NCBI GenBank assembly: GCA_963754875.1 | Contig: CAVWHO010000014.1 | Location: 96,001 to 160,000 of the forward strand | DNA from: Nitrospirota bacterium | Lineage (GTDB): Bacteria; Nitrospirota; UBA9217 | Length of the DNA: 64,000 bases | Direction: 5' to 3' | Shown here: positions 58,925 through 64,000 of the stretch, piece by piece | Layout: every line of letters starts with the position of its first letter | Numbering within the stretch: the first letter of the stretch is position 1 | Program-made: the position numbers and the translations under genes | Notes under the pieces: model-generated | Seen by the model: only the letters and a program-made list of their open reading frames with translations | What the model was told of the DNA's origin: nothing | Databases searched by the model: none

Positions 58925-59878
58925 TTGCATACGTCAGAAAAAATATTCTATATTATTCAATACTCATTTATATTATTTGCAGTCGCCATAATTTTAATAA
59001 AAGTTTATTATTCCTTAAAAAAGAAAAGCCATGGCAAGCTTCTGAACTTATCAATGGTTCTGACTGCCCTGGGGTTGCTGGTTCTATTGGACATGTATTT
59101 GATAGAGCCGAACTGGATCAAGACCGAGCGGGTGGTGATCAGTGACCCGGAACTTGCACAGATTATGGAGGGAACGAAGGTAGTTCAGATATCCGATGTT
59201 CATCTCAAAAAGATCGGATTCAGGGAAAAGGAGCTTATAGAGAAGGTCAATGATCTTAAGCCGGACATTCTCTTCATCACCGGCGATTTCTTCAGCAGTG
59301 TGAAGGACAAGGATGCGGATGACCAATACCGGGCAATATTCGATCTCGTAAAAAGCTTCAAGGTATCCATCGGTATTTATGGCGTGCTCGGGAATTATGA
59401 CGATTATTTAATCCGCTATCCGGAACGATTAAAAGAATTAAGAAGTGCAGGTATTGATATTCTTCATGACGAAAACAGAAAGGTCCTTCTTTCAAACGAC
59501 AAAATGTTTTGGCTGGCAGGTTCTTCTTATGATTCCTACCATGATAATACGAGTTCATTCAAAAACGCCCTTGAGTCAATCCCGCCCAAGGCCCCGGTTA
59601 TTTTGTTAAACCATTATCCCGATGTTTTCGAAAAAGCAGTCAATGCGGAAATAAATCTTGTGCTCGTAGGCCATACTCATGGCGGACAAATAGGGGTCCC
59701 TTTCCTTATCCATATTTCACATTATGCTAACAAATCAAGATTCATGAGCGGACTGTTCAGTTCGGGGAAGACACAGATGTACGTTAACCGGGGGATCGGC
59801 ACGACAGTTTTCCCTGTCCGGTTTCTTTGCCGGCCGGAAATTACGGTCTTTGATTTTCGAGCAGAACCTGCATTGTGA
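58925..59878 (+). CDS. Membrane-anchored calcineurin-like metallophosphoesterase
   Basis: SDVH, TGD, LGNYD, GHTHGGQ, RGIG..RPEI. Confidence 0.9.
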   Translation: MHTSEKIFYIIQYSFILFAVAIILIKVYYSLKKKSHGKLLNLSMVLTALGLLVLLDMYLIEPNWIKTERVVISDPELAQIMEGTKVVQISDVHLKKIGFREKELIEKVNDLKPDILFITGDFFSSVKDKDADDQYRAIFDLVKSFKVSIGIYGVLGNYDDYLIRYPERLKELRSAGIDILHDENRKVLLSNDKMFWLAGSSYDSYHDNTSSFKNALESIPPKAPVILLNHYPDVFEKAVNAEINLVLVGHTHGGQIGVPFLIHISHYANKSRFMSGLFSSGKTQMYVNRGIGTTVFPVRFLCRPEITVFDFRAEPAL

Positions 59879-59957
59879 TGCGCGGGAGACAGGGCGCCCC
59901 TGACAGAACTTTATTTTGTAACCTTTAATAAATTCTTCAAATCAGTGCCCCGATATT

Positions 59958-60872
59958 ATGGATACAATAGAATCGACACAAGATGAGCAGAACAACGGCT
60001 GGCTGTTCCTGGGTTTTACTATTTTATTTATGCTGGCGTTCTACAAGCCGCTGTGGGACCTCGTGGTGACTTCCTATCGGAGTGATACCTTTTCCTATAT
60101 TCCATTCATCCCGCTCCTCAGCGTATATGTCCTGAATATCGACAAACGAGAAATTTTTTCACAGAAAAAAACGTTATCTTTAGTCGGGCTTATCCCCATA
60201 AGCATCGGTATCGTGATGGTATTCTTCACAAGAAAACTTACAACTTCACTCGATCATAATGACTATCTTTCGCTCATAACGTTATCAATGGTGCTGATCT
60301 GGTTCGGCGGGTTCGGGCTCTGCTACGGGTTGCGATCGTTGCGGGTTGCGGCCTTTCCTCTACTGTTTCTTTTCTTCATGGTGCCGATTCCGGCTGCTGC
60401 GTTGGACAAGATCATTTCAGTTCTCCAAACCGGCTCAACTATGGTTGCCGACGGGTTCTTTAAGGTTGCACGCATCCCGACAGTGAGGGAAGGATTCGTA
60501 TTCCATTTTCAAACTATCAATATCGAAGTCGCAAAGGAATGCAGCGGCATCAGGTCGGCCCTCTCCCTGTTGATTATAGGCCTCATGGCAGGTCATTTCT
60601 ATCTCAGGACGGGATGGACGAAGTTTATTTTGTTCCTATTGCTTGTGCCCATTGCGGTCGTCAAGAACGGGTTCAGGATCGCTGTCTTGTCTATTCTCGG
60701 CGTGTACGTGGATAAACGGATCCTCGGAAGCGAGCTGCACAGGAACGGCGGCATCCTCTTCTTTGTCCTCGCCCTTCTCCTCCTTGGGGCGGTCATTGCG
60801 CTGCTCAGAAAAGCGGAAGGAAGGCGGCAAGTCGGAAATGGTCCGCAGTTCCTCGCAGAAAAGAAAAAATAA
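59958..60872 (+). CDS. Exosortase (EpsH family), without fused EpsI domain
   Basis: Multi-TM; VAKECSGIRS, NGFRI, ELHRNGG catalytic Cys/Arg/His. Confidence 0.92.
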   Translation: MDTIESTQDEQNNGWLFLGFTILFMLAFYKPLWDLVVTSYRSDTFSYIPFIPLLSVYVLNIDKREIFSQKKTLSLVGLIPISIGIVMVFFTRKLTTSLDHNDYLSLITLSMVLIWFGGFGLCYGLRSLRVAAFPLLFLFFMVPIPAAALDKIISVLQTGSTMVADGFFKVARIPTVREGFVFHFQTINIEVAKECSGIRSALSLLIIGLMAGHFYLRTGWTKFILFLLLVPIAVVKNGFRIAVLSILGVYVDKRILGSELHRNGGILFFVLALLLLGAVIALLRKAEGRRQVGNGPQFLAEKKK

Positions 60873-60967
60873 ATCATCTACTTTTTGAGCATTTGCCGGT
60901 TCAATCATCCTGATTGAACCCATATATTAATACAAACGAAATAATAATTGTTACATTCCTACGGAAT

Positions 60968-61005
60968 CCCCCTCTCCCCGCTGGGGAGAGGACAAAGGTG
61001 AGGGG
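60968..61005. repeat. REP-like palindrome
   Basis: cctctcccc-gct-ggggagagg..ggtgagggg. Confidence 0.55.
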
Positions 61006-61120
61006 CAAAAGCTGTAACAAAGGAAAAGGCGTTTGTATTAGTGCTCGGATCAATCTGCAAGATTGAACCAGCCATGAGAGATTCGGGAAAAATTGACGTT
61101 CCGCAAGTAAGGAGGCTCCA

Positions 61121-62428
61121 ATGAATCTGCTGGAAAAAATTAACAACCGCAACGCCATGATCGGCGTTATCGGCCTCGGCTACGTGGGGCTCCCTCTGGC
61201 CATTCAGTTCGTGAAGTCGGGGTTCAAGACCACGGGGTTCGACATCGACAAAACCAAGGTGAACGACCTGAAGGAGGGAAGGACGTACATCAGACACATT
61301 CCCGATGAGGAAGTTCGGATCCTGAAGAACAGCCACGGGTTCAAGGCCACGACGAATTTCGCGCTCCTGAAGGACACGGACTGCGTCATCATCTGCGTCC
61401 CGACGCCGCTTGGCAAGCACCATGAACCGGACCTCTCGTATGTACTGGACACGACGAGTGAGGTCGCTAAGCACCTTCACCGGGACCAGCTCATTGTGCT
61501 CGAGTCCACGACCTACCCGGGCACCACGGACACGGAGATGCGTGGGATCCTGGAGGCAACGGGCATGATCGCGGGCAAGGACTTCTATCTCGCTTTCTCG
61601 CCGGAGCGCGAGGACCCGAACAACCAGCATTTTTCAACCTCGACGATACCGAAGATCGTGGGCGGGTATACGGAAAACTGCCTCAAGGCGGCGGACGCCC
61701 TCTATCGCACGATCGTGACGACGACCGTGCCGGTTTCTTCCACCCGGGTCGCGGAAGCGGCCAAGCTCCTGGAGAACATCTACCGGGCGGTGAACATCGC
61801 GATGGTGAACGAGCTGAAGGTCCTCTTCGACAGGATGGACATTGACGTGTACGAGGTGATCGAGGCGGCCAAGACCAAGCCCTTCGGGTTCCAGGCCTTT
61901 TATCCCGGTCCGGGCCTGGGCGGCCACTGCATACCCATCGACCCGTTCTATCTCACCTGGAAGGCGCGGGAATACGATTTCCACACGAAGTTTATCGAGC
62001 TGGCAGGGGAGATCAATACGTCCATGCCCTATTACGTCGTGGATAAGGTGATCAACGCGCTGCAGACGAAGAAGAAGACCCTGCCTTCGTCGAAAATCCT
62101 CGTCCTCGGTCTGGCCTACAAGAAGGACATCGACGACACGCGCGAGTCGCCGTCCCTGAAGATCATCGACCTGTTGGAGGAGAAGGGCGGCCAGGTCGAT
62201 TTCAACGACCCCTACATTCCGCATACGAAAAAGATGCGGAAGTACGACATGAAGAAGGACTCGGTCCCGCTCACGGAAAAGACGCTCAAGAATTACGACT
62301 GCGTCGTGGTGGCGACCGACCACTCGTGCTATGATTATGAGTTCATTCTCAAACACTCTTCGCTGGTCGTGGACACGCGGAATGCCGCGAACGGATGCAA
62401 GCATAACGGCAATTTGTTTAAGGCATAA
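61121..62428 (+). CDS. UDP-N-acetylhexosamine 6-dehydrogenase (WbpA/WecC-like)
   Basis: GLGYVGLP, CVPTP, ESTTYPGTT, PGLGGHCIPIDP. Confidence 0.93.
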   Translation: MNLLEKINNRNAMIGVIGLGYVGLPLAIQFVKSGFKTTGFDIDKTKVNDLKEGRTYIRHIPDEEVRILKNSHGFKATTNFALLKDTDCVIICVPTPLGKHHEPDLSYVLDTTSEVAKHLHRDQLIVLESTTYPGTTDTEMRGILEATGMIAGKDFYLAFSPEREDPNNQHFSTSTIPKIVGGYTENCLKAADALYRTIVTTTVPVSSTRVAEAAKLLENIYRAVNIAMVNELKVLFDRMDIDVYEVIEAAKTKPFGFQAFYPGPGLGGHCIPIDPFYLTWKAREYDFHTKFIELAGEINTSMPYYVVDKVINALQTKKKTLPSSKILVLGLAYKKDIDDTRESPSLKIIDLLEEKGGQVDFNDPYIPHTKKMRKYDMKKDSVPLTEKTLKNYDCVVVATDHSCYDYEFILKHSSLVVDTRNAANGCKHNGNLFKA

Positions 62429-62729
62429 AGGGCGCTTACCGGGAGAATGAGCGGGCTGGGAAAGGATAAGAAAAATCCGCGAACAGGAAGCTCGTATTAT
62501 TATGCTATTAACTTGACCATCCGGGGCCGCCTATGCTATTCTCCTGCTCAAGTCGTCAGCCTTAGATTGGGCCTGGTATTCAGTATGTTCTCAGTTGTTT
62601 TGGTGACCGCAAAAGGCGGCCTGGAACGTGTAGAGGAGCTTGTTTTTTGCCGCAAACAAAGTTGACTTGATATCAATGGGGAAGAGTTTTCTTGCAGCGA
62701 ATGAAGTTCAGGGGCAAAAGGAGAACCAT

Positions 62730-62945
62730 ATGAAAAGGTATTATGAAATCGGTCTCATGGGCTGCTTCTTTATGTTGGCATTGACAGATTTGTCATTTGC
62801 TACAGGGATTCCTTGCGACAACCCTGTAGTAGCGTTACATAATCCAAACTGCCGTGCGCCGGAGCCGGGGATGCTTACGCTTCTGAGCTCAGGATTGGCA
62901 GGGATCGGACTGCTCGGATTTTTCAAGAGCAAAAAGCCAAAATAG
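62730..62945 (+). CDS. Minimal PEP-CTERM protein (71 aa)
   Basis: SD aaggag; signal peptide; APEP + TM + KSKKPK. Confidence 0.88.
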   Translation: MKRYYEIGLMGCFFMLALTDLSFATGIPCDNPVVALHNPNCRAPEPGMLTLLSSGLAGIGLLGFFKSKKPK

Positions 62946-63098
62946 AGCCGGGAAACCCAAGACGCAGGTGGTTTCTTCTCCGAGAACCGTCTCGCCAGAT
63001 TGCGAGCAGGGATGGTGATATTTTTTTATCATCATCTGTGCACGTTGACATCTGGAGGAGGACGGTTTTTTTTGCCTTCGTTTTACTAAGGAGTGTCC

Positions 63099-63755
63099 AT
63101 GGGAAAGCCTGAAACAGGCAGACATGAGGTCCTTTTAAGACGATTTCTCGTCCTCCTCCTGGCCGTCAGCGTTCTTACGAACCTCATCCTTATCACGAAA
63201 CTCAAGTTTCCCGATATTCTCCACAAGATCCAGATCGCTTTCATCTCCGCGCCTGATGTCGGGCCCACAGACCATATTCGCGGCAATCCCAAGGCGAAAT
63301 ATACGGTCATCGAGTACTCGGATTTTCAGTGCCCCTATTGTGCTCAGTTTCACGAGTCTATGAGCGCTGTCATGAAGCAAGCAGACGTGCGGTGGGTGTT
63401 CCGCCACTTTCCGCTTCCGATGCATCCTTTCGCGCAGAAGGCCGCCGAGGCCTCGGAGTGTGCAGGCGAGCAGGGGAAGTTCTGGGAATACAGCGACGCA
63501 CTCTTCGCTCTCAAAGGTAATCTGACGGACGCGACGTTCGGTAAACTGGCGCAGGACCTGAAACTGGACATTAATTCCTTCAGCATCTGTGTGAGTGGCG
63601 GCAAGTATGCTGCCGTTGTCGCGGCCCAGCGTGAGAGCGGCGTGAAGAAAAAGATCCGTGGCACGCCGACTTTCTGGCTGAACGGGAAACGCTTTGAGGG
63701 GGGCGTTCCGCTCGATGAACTCAGGAAGATGGTTGGCGTGGTACCCAAAATGTAA
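63099..63755 (+). CDS. Membrane-anchored DsbA-family thiol-disulfide oxidoreductase
   Basis: EYSDFQCPYC, RHFPL, GTPTF. Confidence 0.92.
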   Translation: MGKPETGRHEVLLRRFLVLLLAVSVLTNLILITKLKFPDILHKIQIAFISAPDVGPTDHIRGNPKAKYTVIEYSDFQCPYCAQFHESMSAVMKQADVRWVFRHFPLPMHPFAQKAAEASECAGEQGKFWEYSDALFALKGNLTDATFGKLAQDLKLDINSFSICVSGGKYAAVVAAQRESGVKKKIRGTPTFWLNGKRFEGGVPLDELRKMVGVVPKM

Positions 63756-64000
63756 AAAAGTTAGACCTCTTTTAAGGATAGTGTCGACCTCAACTACCCG
63801 CCTGATGTTTTATCGACCCCCTGCTATTTTATACAGCGTAGTCAAGGAACCACTTGTTTCTATATAATTATCCCGGGCCTCGGAAAGAAAGCGCTTCAAA
63901 ACTACTTTGGCATTCAGGCGCAGATGCGACGGGTATGGCTTAGCGCATTGACCGGCGTTGCAAGCTTTGTATCCCAAATAGTGCTCGGCAATGTTTAACA

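Overview
This 64-kb bacterial window has moderate GC, and its gene order resembles Nitrospirota/Desulfobacterota-type genomes (inference only). 1-9.4 kb is housekeeping: iscS 3' end, iscU, TusA-like, yhaM, ftsY, zapA, 6S RNA, rarA, rny, ymdB, xseA. 9.4-32.8 kb is a signalling and surface region: a HEAT-repeat/HD-GYP pair, hrpB, a stand-alone MshEN-like protein, an MCP-PhnD fusion, REC-PilZ, an Ig-repeat lipoprotein, Crp/Fnr, a yhcH-like pseudogene, pnt transhydrogenase and DedA. 33-64 kb is a mosaic Wzx/Wzy exopolysaccharide locus with an exosortase, a tiny PEP-CTERM protein and DsbA. The strongest candidate for an undescribed system is a c-di-GMP-gated EPS circuit: an unannotated 38-aa Arg-rich YxGPERR micropeptide upstream of the locus, plus a priming glycosyltransferase with a degenerate GGDEF domain that keeps its RxxD I-site. 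Other notable items are a modular structured repeat with nested 42-bp inserts flanking the export module, a disulfide-loop PEP-CTERM micropeptide, and a long structured leader ahead of rarA-rny. All calls come from motif recognition by eye; no searches were run.
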